A DNA stretch of 64,000 nucleotides from an uncultured Flavobacteriales bacterium (GTDB lineage: Bacteria; Bacteroidota; Bacteroidia; Flavobacteriales; BACL11): contig CAJQJY010000014.1 of the NCBI GenBank assembly GCA_905478765.1, positions 47,605 through 111,604 of the forward strand. Reading direction: 5' to 3'. The notes beneath the pieces are model-generated. The model was not told where the DNA came from. It saw nothing but the letters and a program-made list of their open reading frames with translations, and did not search any database. Positions 39,314-48,918 of this stretch are shown here, one piece after another. A program made the position numbers and the translations under genes. How positions within the stretch are numbered: the stretch's first letter is position 1; each line of letters opens with the position of its first letter.

Positions 39314-40165
39314 ATGAAAGAAGAATTAAGTTTAAGAGAAATAATTAATGAGGTGATTATCTTTTTTATTAATTTTAAAACATTGATAATTGTAATTACC
39401 TTCGTTGGAACTTTAGGTGTTATTGTTTTTCAAAAGATACGACCAGCTTATTACAATACTACTTCTATTGCAACTTCAGGTATCTCTGCTTTTGAAAGAA
39501 TTGAAGATGAGAAGGAGGTTTTGAACCAAAGGACAGCAATAAATCTTATTAATACTCTTGATCTAGATGTTCAGAAAGAAGATTTCATTGTTCTTGGAGA
39601 AAAATTAAATATATCGATGGAAAAAGCAGCTTCCATCAAGAGTATAAACGCAACTCAAATATTTAGAAAAGATCAGGATGGGAAAGACTTTAATACACCT
39701 AAATTTGAAATACTTTTAACTGTAAAAGATAATGGGATTATTAAGAATATTGAAGAAGGATTATTGCATTATTTTAATTCTAATCAATATATACATTCCT
39801 ATTATGATTACTTTAAACTTACAAATGATAATGAAATAATAGCGATTGATAGTGAGATAGAAAGTTTGCAGAAATTTAGATCAGATAAGGGTTCTAATAT
39901 TGATATGAGTTCTTTTAATTTATATTCAAAAAAAGGATTAACTGAGGTGCAAAATCAGATTATTGAACTAAATCAGCTAAAATCAATTAACGCGACAAAT
40001 CAAATGTTACTTAAGCCACTATCATTTGTTCAAGGATTTACAATTTCTCAAACACCAGAAAGAGGTGTTTTACTTTTAGGTTCTTTAGCGTTTGTGATAT
40101 CTTTTATAGTTGCTATAATAGTTGCTGTTTTTGTAAATGTTAAACAAAAATTAAACATTAAATAA
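39314..40165 (+). CDS. Wzz-like polysaccharide chain-length determinant (PCP) protein, no kinase domain
   Basis: 283 aa. N-terminal EELSLREII motif plus TM helix, long periplasmic-type middle region, C-terminal TM (LLLGSLAFVISFIVAIIVAVF). This is the PCP-1 topology. Confidence 0.5.
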   Translation: MKEELSLREIINEVIIFFINFKTLIIVITFVGTLGVIVFQKIRPAYYNTTSIATSGISAFERIEDEKEVLNQRTAINLINTLDLDVQKEDFIVLGEKLNISMEKAASIKSINATQIFRKDQDGKDFNTPKFEILLTVKDNGIIKNIEEGLLHYFNSNQYIHSYYDYFKLTNDNEIIAIDSEIESLQKFRSDKGSNIDMSSFNLYSKKGLTEVQNQIIELNQLKSINATNQMLLKPLSFVQGFTISQTPERGVLLLGSLAFVISFIVAIIVAVFVNVKQKLNIK

Positions 40166-40166
40166 C

Positions 40167-41486
40167 ATGAAAGTAGGTATTGTAGGTTCGGGATATGTGG
40201 GTTTAGTGGCGGCTGCTTGTTTTGCTGAAATGGGAAATAAAGTTGTTTGTGTTGATATTGATGATGAAAAAATCAACAAACTTAAGCATGGAGAGATTCC
40301 AATTTATGAGCCTGGTTTGTCTGATTTAGTTATTGAAAATCAGAAAAAAAATAACTTAACTTTTACAACAAATCTTATTGATGCGTTAGTAGTTTCAGAA
40401 GTGATATTTATTGCTGTTGGAACTCCTATGGGTGATGATGGTTCAGCAGATTTGAAATATGTTTTACAGGTTGCCGAAGCAATTGGTAAAAATATGACTA
40501 AGCATTTAGTTGTTGTTGATAAATCAACAGTTCCAGTTGGTACTGCTGATTTAGTGACACAAACTATACAAAAAGCTTTAGATCTACGTAAATCTTATTT
40601 AACTTTTGCTGTGGTTTCTAATCCAGAGTTTTTAAAAGAAGGTGCTGCAATTAAAGATTTTATGCACCCAGATAGAGTTGTTGTTGGAGCTGATAATGAT
40701 GATGCAATGAGTTTAATGAGAAATTTGTATGCTCCTTTTACCTTAATTAATGATAGGTTTATAGCAATGGATGTTAGGTCAGCAGAAATGACTAAATATG
40801 CTGCAAATGCCATGTTAGCCACAAAAATCTCATTTATTAATGAAATTGCTAATATTTGTGAGAAAGTTGGTGCTGATGTAAATCATGTAAGAACTGGAAT
40901 TGGCAGTGATAAAAGAATTGGTTATCAATTTATTTATCCTGGTTGTGGATATGGAGGTAGTTGTTTTCCAAAGGATGTTCAAGCTTTAATTAATATCGCT
41001 AATCATCATGGCTATAACCCTGAGTTAATATCATCTGTTGAAATTGTAAATAAAGCTCAAAAAGAGGTGTTGTTTTCTAAATTAACTTCTCAACTAGGAA
41101 CTAATTTAGAAGGCAAGAAAATTGCAGTTTGGGGCCTTTCCTTCAAGCCTGAAACTGATGATATGAGAGAAGCTCCATCCATTAATTTAATTAAATCAAT
41201 TATTTTAGCCGGTGGGAAGGTCAACGCTTATGACCCTAAAGCTATTCATGAGGCAAAATTTTATTTAAAAGGAATGGAAGTAAATTATTTAGAGGATAAA
41301 TATTCAGTCTTAGAGGGTGTTGATGCTTTAATTCTAGTTACTGAATGGAAAGAGTTTAGGAGTCCTGACTTTGAATTAATTAAGAGCAAAATGAAAGGTA
41401 ATATTTTTATTGATGGAAGAAATCAGTTTAATAAAGAATATATTCGTTCAAAAGGCTTGGAATATTTTCAGATAGGAGTTAAATAA
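40167..41486 (+). CDS. ugd: UDP-glucose 6-dehydrogenase
   Basis: Rossmann VGIVGSGYVGLV and catalytic Cys context GYGGSCFPKD. 439 aa. Confidence 0.9.
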   Translation: MKVGIVGSGYVGLVAAACFAEMGNKVVCVDIDDEKINKLKHGEIPIYEPGLSDLVIENQKKNNLTFTTNLIDALVVSEVIFIAVGTPMGDDGSADLKYVLQVAEAIGKNMTKHLVVVDKSTVPVGTADLVTQTIQKALDLRKSYLTFAVVSNPEFLKEGAAIKDFMHPDRVVVGADNDDAMSLMRNLYAPFTLINDRFIAMDVRSAEMTKYAANAMLATKISFINEIANICEKVGADVNHVRTGIGSDKRIGYQFIYPGCGYGGSCFPKDVQALINIANHHGYNPELISSVEIVNKAQKEVLFSKLTSQLGTNLEGKKIAVWGLSFKPETDDMREAPSINLIKSIILAGGKVNAYDPKAIHEAKFYLKGMEVNYLEDKYSVLEGVDALILVTEWKEFRSPDFELIKSKMKGNIFIDGRNQFNKEYIRSKGLEYFQIGVK

Positions 41487-41491
41487 TAAAA

Positions 41492-42766
41492 ATGTTTAAA
41501 TCATATGTCTTAAAATCAAAATCGATTATTGATTTTTTTTATATGTTTATTTCTAACATAATTAAGAAGAGTTTTGGTTTTGTTAGAGAAATAATTCTTG
41601 CTTATTTCTTTGGATCTTCAATGGTTTATGCTAATTTTTTGCTACTTAAAACTGCCGCTGACTTGTTTTCTCAATTAACCCAAGGTAGTGCGCTTCAGGC
41701 AAGTTTGCTGTCCAATTTTTCAAGTTTATATGACAAAGGACATAAAGTTTCATTATCAAATGTTCTAGTTTTCTCTAAGAATTTAGCATGGAAAATATTT
41801 TTAGTAAGTCAAATTATTCAAATACCATTAGTGTTTTATATTTCTCCTGAAAATTTCTGGTTATTTATAATGATATCTCTGGTGCTAGGATTAGTGGTAT
41901 CTTCTAATTTTTTTAGTTCCATTTTTTTAATTGTGATCCAAGGAAAAGGTGATTTTAAGAAATTTTCTATCTCAACAGCTGTAGATATTTTTGTATCAAC
42001 AGTTTTGTTGTATCCCCTCTCCTTAATGTTTGGTGTGGTTGGTATTGCTGTCAGTAGAGCTATAGGTCTAGGTGTTTTAATATATAAATACTTTACACCA
42101 ATTTTTAATGAGACAGAAGGATATAAAATCGGTTTTGGAATGAAAGATATAAATTTGTCAATTATGCTTCTTGGTAATTTTGCAAATATAATAATGTTTC
42201 TATCACGCTTTGTTGTAGGTTTAGATGCTGGAAATAGTATTACATTTTTTAATTATTCTATTGTGTTGTTAAATGTATTCCTAACGGCAATAATTATGAA
42301 TGTCAATACTATTGTTTTAAGAAGATTGTCAGTTAAAAAAGAAGTAAAGTTAATAGTATTTTCTTTTTTAATTTCATTAGGTCTTGGGTTAATTCTAGTT
42401 TTTGGTGTTGAAGTATATGGGTTAAGTATTATTAAATTCATTTTTGAAAGAGGTGCTTTTACTTCTGAAGATACCGTGTTAACTTATGAATTTGCTAAAG
42501 ACTTAAGTATTAGTTTTATTTTTATTTTTATTGCTTCAGCTTTGTTTCAACCCTTCTTTAGTATTGATCAAAAATTAATAAGAAGGGAGAGTAGTGTTAT
42601 GGCGAGTATTTTAGTGCTTAGTACTCTAGTATTGTTTGTGATTTTTTCTTTTACAACTACATCTGCAAGAGAAAATTCTTTGATTATGATTTACTCTTTA
42701 TCTTTTTTAAGTGTGGTTTTAGCATCTTATTCGTCATATAAATATTTTACAATTAAAACTATATAA
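41492..42766 (+). CDS. MurJ/MviN-like MOP-superfamily flippase (short form)
   Basis: Polytopic 424-aa protein. The N-terminus FGFVREIILAYFFGSS resembles the MurJ signature. Confidence 0.55.
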   Translation: MFKSYVLKSKSIIDFFYMFISNIIKKSFGFVREIILAYFFGSSMVYANFLLLKTAADLFSQLTQGSALQASLLSNFSSLYDKGHKVSLSNVLVFSKNLAWKIFLVSQIIQIPLVFYISPENFWLFIMISLVLGLVVSSNFFSSIFLIVIQGKGDFKKFSISTAVDIFVSTVLLYPLSLMFGVVGIAVSRAIGLGVLIYKYFTPIFNETEGYKIGFGMKDINLSIMLLGNFANIIMFLSRFVVGLDAGNSITFFNYSIVLLNVFLTAIIMNVNTIVLRRLSVKKEVKLIVFSFLISLGLGLILVFGVEVYGLSIIKFIFERGAFTSEDTVLTYEFAKDLSISFIFIFIASALFQPFFSIDQKLIRRESSVMASILVLSTLVLFVIFSFTTTSARENSLIMIYSLSFLSVVLASYSSYKYFTIKTI

Positions 42767-42767
42767 A

Positions 42768-43772
42768 ATGGAATTTATAGGTTTTATAGTTTTATTAGTT
42801 TTAGGTATTGCAGCAATTATTTTTGACAGAATAGAGATACTCAAGTACTTGTATATTCCATTGTTATTTTCGTTTATGGTTATTGTTAGGTTAAATGCAT
42901 TTATTTTTAATGCCTTTGAAATTGATATCATCACTTATGGGCTAGAAATGAAGGCCTATTCATTTGACATCTATTACTTAAGAGAATTTGTTTTCTGGTT
43001 TGGAATTAGGATACTCTATTTTATTACTCAATCAGAGTTAGTTGCATTCCTTCTACTTGATATTTTATGGATTTACTTGCTTTATAAGGTGTCAATGAAA
43101 GTTAGTGTTAATAAGATTGGCAACACCTTATTAATCATTTTAGCTACTTGTTTCCCATTCTTTTTTGGATACCAAAATATTTATAGACAATTTTTTGCGA
43201 CTATTGTATTGTTATATTCTTATTCATTAATAGATGATAGATCTAATCGTTCAATATTCTTCTTCCTTATTTCTATATTCATTCATAATTTATCTTTATT
43301 AATTCTTCCACTATTTATAATTAAGAAATTTTTCACATTTAAGTTAAATGACAGATTAGTATTGTCTTCATTTTTAGTTGCTATATACTTACTTGTTTTA
43401 CCGTCACTTCTCTCATTAAAAGACGGTGATGACCCGACTGAAATTGATTTAAGTATACTGTATATGGTATTATTTATATTCCTGTTTTTATTTTACATAT
43501 ATAAATTTAGGAATAATATTCTTAATTTCATTTTAATTGTTCCCTCATTAATTCCCGCTACTTTATTAACGATAGGGTTTGTCGCATACAGACAAGAAAT
43601 GATTGCTGAACGATTAGGAATGATGTTTATTCCTTTTATTATTTTTGATATTTATAATTACTCATTATTAATTAAAAGTAGTTTTAAAAGAAAGTTACTT
43701 CAATTATTTTTGTTGTTATTGTTTAGTGTTCCAGTTTTGTTATTTACAAGTTCTTTAATGTTTTTGGATTAG
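42768..43772 (+). CDS. EpsG-like polysaccharide polymerase (Wzy-type)
   Basis: 334-aa highly hydrophobic polytopic protein with an EpsG-like central segment (YRQFFATIVLLYSY). Located inside the glycan locus. Confidence 0.5.
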   Translation: MEFIGFIVLLVLGIAAIIFDRIEILKYLYIPLLFSFMVIVRLNAFIFNAFEIDIITYGLEMKAYSFDIYYLREFVFWFGIRILYFITQSELVAFLLLDILWIYLLYKVSMKVSVNKIGNTLLIILATCFPFFFGYQNIYRQFFATIVLLYSYSLIDDRSNRSIFFFLISIFIHNLSLLILPLFIIKKFFTFKLNDRLVLSSFLVAIYLLVLPSLLSLKDGDDPTEIDLSILYMVLFIFLFLFYIYKFRNNILNFILIVPSLIPATLLTIGFVAYRQEMIAERLGMMFIPFIIFDIYNYSLLIKSSFKRKLLQLFLLLLFSVPVLLFTSSLMFLD

Positions 43773-43776
43773 AATT

Positions 43777-44598
43777 ATGATGAATAATTGGTTAAAATAT
43801 AATGGCTCAATAATTCCATCATCGCCTCCACATATTATGGTTACGGAGTCTAAAGTAGAAATTCAAAAATTACTTGTAAGTAGTAGATCTTTTTTTGCAA
43901 GGTGGGTTTCAAATTTTGATGCATCTATAGATTCTTCTTTTTGGTATGTAATTAATGATAAGGCTTTAGAAATCGAAGATTATAGTAAAAATACCAGGAG
44001 TAAGATCAGGAGAGGATTGAAGAATTTTGTTGTGAAAAAGATTGAAAAATCTGAGTTAATTAATCATGGTTATCAAGTTTATGTTGCCGCTTTTAAAAGG
44101 TATAAAACAATTAATAAGCCAATGAGTAGTAAAAAGTTCATTAAGCATATCAATAGCTTAGATAAGGGTTGGGAGTTTTGGGGAGTTTATTCAAGAGAAA
44201 CTGATGAATTGATTGCTTATAGTCAAAATAAGATTGTAACTGACCAATGTTATTACTCAACTATTAAGTTTCATGAAAAATACTTGAAAATGTACTCTAG
44301 TTATGCTCTTTATTTTGCAATGAATAGTTATTACTTAAAAGAAAGAAAATTAAAATATGTAAATGAAGGCACAAGAAGTATTTTACATGAAACAAATGTT
44401 CAATCTTTTTTAATTGATAAATTTAAATTTAGAAAAGCTTATTGTAAATTACACGTTCAATATCATCCTTTAGTCACTCCAATTATTTTTGTTTTGTATC
44501 CTTTTAGGAAAATCATTGTTAAAAGTAATTTATTGTTTTTTAGAAAAATTGGAGTAGTTTTATCTCAAGAAAAATTGCGTAGAAATCCTAATGAATAG
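43777..44598 (+). CDS. hypothetical protein, possibly FemAB/BioF2-like GNAT acyltransferase
   Basis: 273 aa, soluble. Segments TRSKIRRGLKN and SFLIDKFKFRKAY resemble FemAB-like GNAT families. Weak recognition by eye only. Confidence 0.3.
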   Translation: MMNNWLKYNGSIIPSSPPHIMVTESKVEIQKLLVSSRSFFARWVSNFDASIDSSFWYVINDKALEIEDYSKNTRSKIRRGLKNFVVKKIEKSELINHGYQVYVAAFKRYKTINKPMSSKKFIKHINSLDKGWEFWGVYSRETDELIAYSQNKIVTDQCYYSTIKFHEKYLKMYSSYALYFAMNSYYLKERKLKYVNEGTRSILHETNVQSFLIDKFKFRKAYCKLHVQYHPLVTPIIFVLYPFRKIIVKSNLLFFRKIGVVLSQEKLRRNPNE

Positions 44599-45340
44599 TT
44601 TAGTTTCCATAATAACTCCATCTTATAATTCCTCAAAATTTATTATGGAATGTATTGCTTCAGTTTTTTCTCAAACGTATACAAATTGGGAAATGATTAT
44701 TGTAGATGATTGTTCTAAAGATAATTCAAAAAAAATAATTAAAGAACTTGCAGTTAAAGATAAAAGAATTAAGCCAATCTTTTTAGAAAAAAATGTTGGT
44801 GCTGCTAAGGCCAGAAATGTTGCAATTAGACAAGCAAAAGGAAAATATGTTGCCTTTTTAGATTCAGATGATTTATGGAATCCTAAAAAATTAGAAAAAC
44901 AACTCTCTTTTATGTGTGAAAATGACATAGCTTTTTCTTATACAAATTATCAGTTTATGTCCGAAAATGGTGCCAATCTATCAAATATCATTTTAGCTCC
45001 TAAAAAGATGACTTACGATTCATATTTGAAAAATACTATTATTGGTTGTTTGACCGTTATTGTTGATAGAGAGAAATCTGGTGAATTTGAAATGCCAAAT
45101 ATCCGTTCTTCTCATGATATGGCTCTTTGGTTGTTAATTATGAAAAGAGGTTTCTATGCTTACGGATTAGATGAGAATCTTGCAAGATATAGAATTGTCT
45201 CAACATCAAATACCGCTAGTAAATGGCATGCAGCAAAGGATGTTTGGAAAGTATATAGGCATGTTGAAAAGTTATCATTTACATATAGTGCTTGGTGTTT
45301 TTTTTGGTATGCTTTTAATGCATTAAAAAAAAGAATATAA
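44591..45340 (+). CDS. family 2 glycosyltransferase
   Basis: VSIITPSYNSSKFI...SQTY..WEMIIVDDCSKDNS and DSDD motif (FLDSDDLW). Confidence 0.85.
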   Translation: MNSLVSIITPSYNSSKFIMECIASVFSQTYTNWEMIIVDDCSKDNSKKIIKELAVKDKRIKPIFLEKNVGAAKARNVAIRQAKGKYVAFLDSDDLWNPKKLEKQLSFMCENDIAFSYTNYQFMSENGANLSNIILAPKKMTYDSYLKNTIIGCLTVIVDREKSGEFEMPNIRSSHDMALWLLIMKRGFYAYGLDENLARYRIVSTSNTASKWHAAKDVWKVYRHVEKLSFTYSAWCFFWYAFNALKKRI

Positions 45341-45924
45341 TGAAAAGAGTCTTTGATTTTTTAGTTTCCCTTATGGGATTATTTTTATTCACCCCATTGC
45401 TTGTATTGTTATCATTGCTAATTAAATTTACTTCTAAAGGAACCATATTTTTTATTCAGGAAAGAGTTGGAGAGAATGGAGTTTTTTTTAAGATGATTAA
45501 GTTTAGAAGTATGCAAATGATTCAGGATTCAGATATTACAATATCAGTGAAGGGTGATATGAGAGTTACTAAAGTTGGTTCATTTCTGAGAAGATATAAA
45601 TTAGATGAATTGCCTGAGTTATGGAATGTTTTAGTTGGGGATATGAGTTTGGTTGGACCAAGGCCGGATGTGCCTGGATATGCTGATTTTCTGAAAGGAG
45701 AAGATAGAAATATCCTAAAATTGAAGCCTGGAATTACTGGTCCTGCAAGTTTAAAATATGCTAATGAGGAAGAAATATTATCAAGACAGGAGAATCCTAA
45801 AGAATATAATGATGAGATAATTTACCCAGATAAAGTCAGAATCAATTTAGATTATTACTATCAATCTAACTTATGGATTGATATTAAAATTATATTTGCG
45901 ACAATATTTAGAAATTCGTATTAG
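45340..45924 (+). CDS. small monotopic phosphoglycosyl transferase (PglC/WcfS-like initiating sugar transferase)
   Basis: 194 aa. KRVFDFLVSLMGL re-entrant helix, KFRSM, DELPELWNVLVGDMSLVGPRP. Confidence 0.85.
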   Translation: MKRVFDFLVSLMGLFLFTPLLVLLSLLIKFTSKGTIFFIQERVGENGVFFKMIKFRSMQMIQDSDITISVKGDMRVTKVGSFLRRYKLDELPELWNVLVGDMSLVGPRPDVPGYADFLKGEDRNILKLKPGITGPASLKYANEEEILSRQENPKEYNDEIIYPDKVRINLDYYYQSNLWIDIKIIFATIFRNSY

Positions 45925-47057
45925 TGAAAGATAATAAAAAAATATGGTTAGCCTCACCACATATGGGAGGAGATGAGTTGAGATTTGTAAAAGAGACATT
46001 TGATACGAATTGGATTGCTCCTATTGGTCCGCATATAAATACTTTTGAAGAACAACTTTCTAAAATCTCAAATGGATATAAGGTAGCGGCATTAAGCAGC
46101 GGAACTGCCTCAATTCATTTAGCTTTGATTTTAGCTGGAGTCAAAGCTAATGATGATGTGATTTGTTCTACTTTTACCTTTTCAGCATCAGCAAATCCAA
46201 TTAAATATTTGGGTGCAAATCCAGTCTTTATTGATAGTGAATCCTTGAGTTGGAATATGTGCCCTGAACTTTTGGAAAAATCAATAGTTGAAGGAATTGA
46301 AAAAAATAAAAAACCAAAAGCAATTATTTTGGTTCATCTATATGGGATGCCTGCAAAAATGGATGTGATAATGGAAATTTCCAATCAATATGATATTCCT
46401 TTGATTGAGGATGCTGCTGAGGCACTTGGCTCAACATACAAAAACCAGCCTTTAGGGACATTTGGTAAGTTTGGTGTTTATTCTTTTAATGGAAATAAGA
46501 TAATAACAACATCAGCAGGTGGAGCTTTACTTTGTAAGGATAAGAGTTTGATTAAAAAAGCAAAATTTTTTGCTACTCAATCCAGGGATAATGCTCCCCA
46601 TTATGAACATTCTGAAATTGGATATAACTACAGAATGAGTAATGTGTGTGCTGCTATTGGATTAGGTCAATTAGAAGTGTTATCTGATAGAGTAAGACGA
46701 AAAAGAGAAATTTATAATTTTTATAAAACTGAACTTTCTGGAATTAAAGAGATTACTTTTTTATATGAAAGTATAGGTAGTTTTTCTAATTATTGGCTAA
46801 CAACAATTTTACTTGATAAAAATAGCACAATAGATAGAGAACAATTGCGTTTGCATCTGGAAAAAGATAATATTGAGAGTCGTCCATTATGGAATCCAAT
46901 GCATTTGCAACCAGTATTTAAAAATTGTAAAGCATATGTAAATGGAGTCTCTGGTGATTTATTTAATAGAGGATTATGCTTGCCTTCTGGAACCAATATT
47001 TCTAATAAGGATTTAAAAAGAGTAGTTAATAAAATAAAAGAATTATATGAAGCTTAG
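45924..47057 (+). CDS. DegT/DnrJ/EryC1/StrS-family sugar aminotransferase (PglE/WcfR-like)
   Basis: PLP-Lys context FNGNKIITTSAGGAL and N-terminal ASPHMGGDELRFVKETF..NWIAPIGP. GTG start overlaps the upstream stop. Confidence 0.85.
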   Translation: MKDNKKIWLASPHMGGDELRFVKETFDTNWIAPIGPHINTFEEQLSKISNGYKVAALSSGTASIHLALILAGVKANDDVICSTFTFSASANPIKYLGANPVFIDSESLSWNMCPELLEKSIVEGIEKNKKPKAIILVHLYGMPAKMDVIMEISNQYDIPLIEDAAEALGSTYKNQPLGTFGKFGVYSFNGNKIITTSAGGALLCKDKSLIKKAKFFATQSRDNAPHYEHSEIGYNYRMSNVCAAIGLGQLEVLSDRVRRKREIYNFYKTELSGIKEITFLYESIGSFSNYWLTTILLDKNSTIDREQLRLHLEKDNIESRPLWNPMHLQPVFKNCKAYVNGVSGDLFNRGLCLPSGTNISNKDLKRVVNKIKELYEA

Positions 47058-48900
47058 ACTTCAAAATCTGCAGCGAATTTACAAGCAAATTATCATGTTG
47101 ATTGTTGATGTTCTGACTTTATTTTTAGCTTTGTGGTTAGCTTTTGTTTTACGATTAGGTGAGGCCTATCCTGTAGAATATCTTCTTCCATCATGGTGGT
47201 TGTTTCTTGTAATACCAATAATAATGATGCCGCTTTTTGTGAAGTTAGGCTTATATCGTGCAGTTTTGCAATATATTGGAATTAATGTTATAACTACAAC
47301 TTTTAAAGCTACAACCATTTCGTGTTTAATTGTAGGGTTTTTTATGATGTTTTTTCGTGAATCAAATTTACCAAGATCAGTGTTGCCAATATTTTGGTTT
47401 ATAATAAATATCTTTATTATTTCAAGTCGTTTCTTGTTTAAGGGTTATTTGTATTCTTGGGATAGTTTTGTAAATTCTAGAAAACAGACTATTATCTATG
47501 GAGCGGGAAATGCAGGAGTTCAGCTCATTGAAAGTTTGAAAAAAAGCTCTGTTTATGCGCCAATTGCCTTTATTGATGATGATAAAACAAAACAGGGTAC
47601 TATTCTTAATTTTTTAGAGGTTTTCCCATACAGTTCAATTGAGAATCTTATTAAAAATAAAGAAGCAAAAGTTTTGCTTTTAGCTGTTCCTTCTGCAAAT
47701 GTAAAACAAAGAACACAAATACTAAAGAAATTATCAAAACACCCTATTGAGGTTAAAATTTTGCCTTCAATGGACAATATAGTAAATGGGGTAGTTTCTA
47801 TTGATAATATAAAACATGTTGAAGTTGGTGATATCTTGGGAAGAACAGTAGTTTCTCCAAAGAAAGATTTGCTAAAAAGAAATATTTCAGGAAAAAATAT
47901 TTTGATTACTGGCGCTGGAGGAAGTATTGGTTCTGAGCTGTCAAGACAGATCATGAAACTTTCTCCAAATAAGGTTGTGCTGTTAGATAACTCAGAATTT
48001 AATTTATACAATATACATTTAGAGCTTGTTAGTAAAGATTTTTCAATTGATTTGATTCCATCACTTTGTACGGTTACAAATTACCATCAGTTGAAGAAGA
48101 TTACTGAAATGAATAAGATTGATACAATTTATCATGCGGCCGCCTATAAGCATGTTCCTATGGTTGAAATGAATGTTGTTTCTGGAACCTATAATAATGT
48201 TGTTGGGACTTTTAATGTCGCAAAAGTTGCTGATGAATTAAATTTGGAAAATTTAGTTCTTGTTTCTACAGATAAAGCAGTCCGACCTACAAATGTGATG
48301 GGAGCCTCAAAGAGAATGTCAGAATTAGTATTACAAGCATTTTCTGAGAAAAGCAACACATGTTTTTCAATGGTTCGTTTTGGTAATGTATTAAATTCTG
48401 CTGGTTCAGTAGTGCCTCTGTTCAGAAATCAAATAAAAAAAGGAGGACCTGTTACTGTAACTCATAGAAATATTACAAGATATTTTATGTCAATCCCAGA
48501 AGCAGTTGAGCTGGTTATACAATCAGGAGCTATGGCAAAAGGAGGTGATGTTTTTGTTTTAGATATGGGGGAGCCAATTAAAATTATTGATTTAGCTTAT
48601 AAAATGATTCATCTAAGTGGGCTTACACCTATTGATAATGAAAACCCTGATGGAGATATAAGAGTAGAATTTACTGGACTTAGACCTGGGGAAAAATTAT
48701 ATGAAGAGTTATTGATTGGAAATGATGTAGTTCAATCAGAACATCCCAGGATTATGCAAGCTAAAGAAAGTAAATTATCAATGCAAGACATACTATATTG
48801 TATCGGTCTTATTAAATCCTCTAGAGAAGGTCAGGATGAAAAGGTTGTTAAAGAACTCTTGTTGAAATATGTTGATGGTTACACATCAGAAGTAGTATAA
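47047..48900 (+). CDS. membrane-anchored UDP-HexNAc 4,6-dehydratase (CapD/PglF/WbpM family)
   Basis: Four N-terminal TM helices followed by an SDR domain (ILITGAGGSIGSEL, YKHVP, STDKAVRPTNVMGASK). Confidence 0.85.
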   Translation: MKLRLQNLQRIYKQIIMLIVDVLTLFLALWLAFVLRLGEAYPVEYLLPSWWLFLVIPIIMMPLFVKLGLYRAVLQYIGINVITTTFKATTISCLIVGFFMMFFRESNLPRSVLPIFWFIINIFIISSRFLFKGYLYSWDSFVNSRKQTIIYGAGNAGVQLIESLKKSSVYAPIAFIDDDKTKQGTILNFLEVFPYSSIENLIKNKEAKVLLLAVPSANVKQRTQILKKLSKHPIEVKILPSMDNIVNGVVSIDNIKHVEVGDILGRTVVSPKKDLLKRNISGKNILITGAGGSIGSELSRQIMKLSPNKVVLLDNSEFNLYNIHLELVSKDFSIDLIPSLCTVTNYHQLKKITEMNKIDTIYHAAAYKHVPMVEMNVVSGTYNNVVGTFNVAKVADELNLENLVLVSTDKAVRPTNVMGASKRMSELVLQAFSEKSNTCFSMVRFGNVLNSAGSVVPLFRNQIKKGGPVTVTHRNITRYFMSIPEAVELVIQSGAMAKGGDVFVLDMGEPIKIIDLAYKMIHLSGLTPIDNENPDGDIRVEFTGLRPGEKLYEELLIGNDVVQSEHPRIMQAKESKLSMQDILYCIGLIKSSREGQDEKVVKELLLKYVDGYTSEVV

Positions 48901-48918
48901 TCCTGTTATTTTTGTAAA

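Noticed and set aside
41533-41540. Homopolymer tracts inside glycan genes as possible slipped-strand phase-variation switches: T8 at 41533-41540, and several A7-A8 runs near 44727, 45325 and 53395-53420.
   Set aside because: Runs of 7-8 A/T are common background in this AT-rich genome, and none reaches the length usually associated with high-frequency slippage. This cannot be supported from a single sequence.
47553-48011. 152-aa minus-strand ORF inside the CapD/PglF-like gene, and a similar 144-aa ORF at 56458-56892 inside fcl.
   Set aside because: Both are fully nested antisense to genes with clear family motifs. They have no independent start context or recognisable domain.
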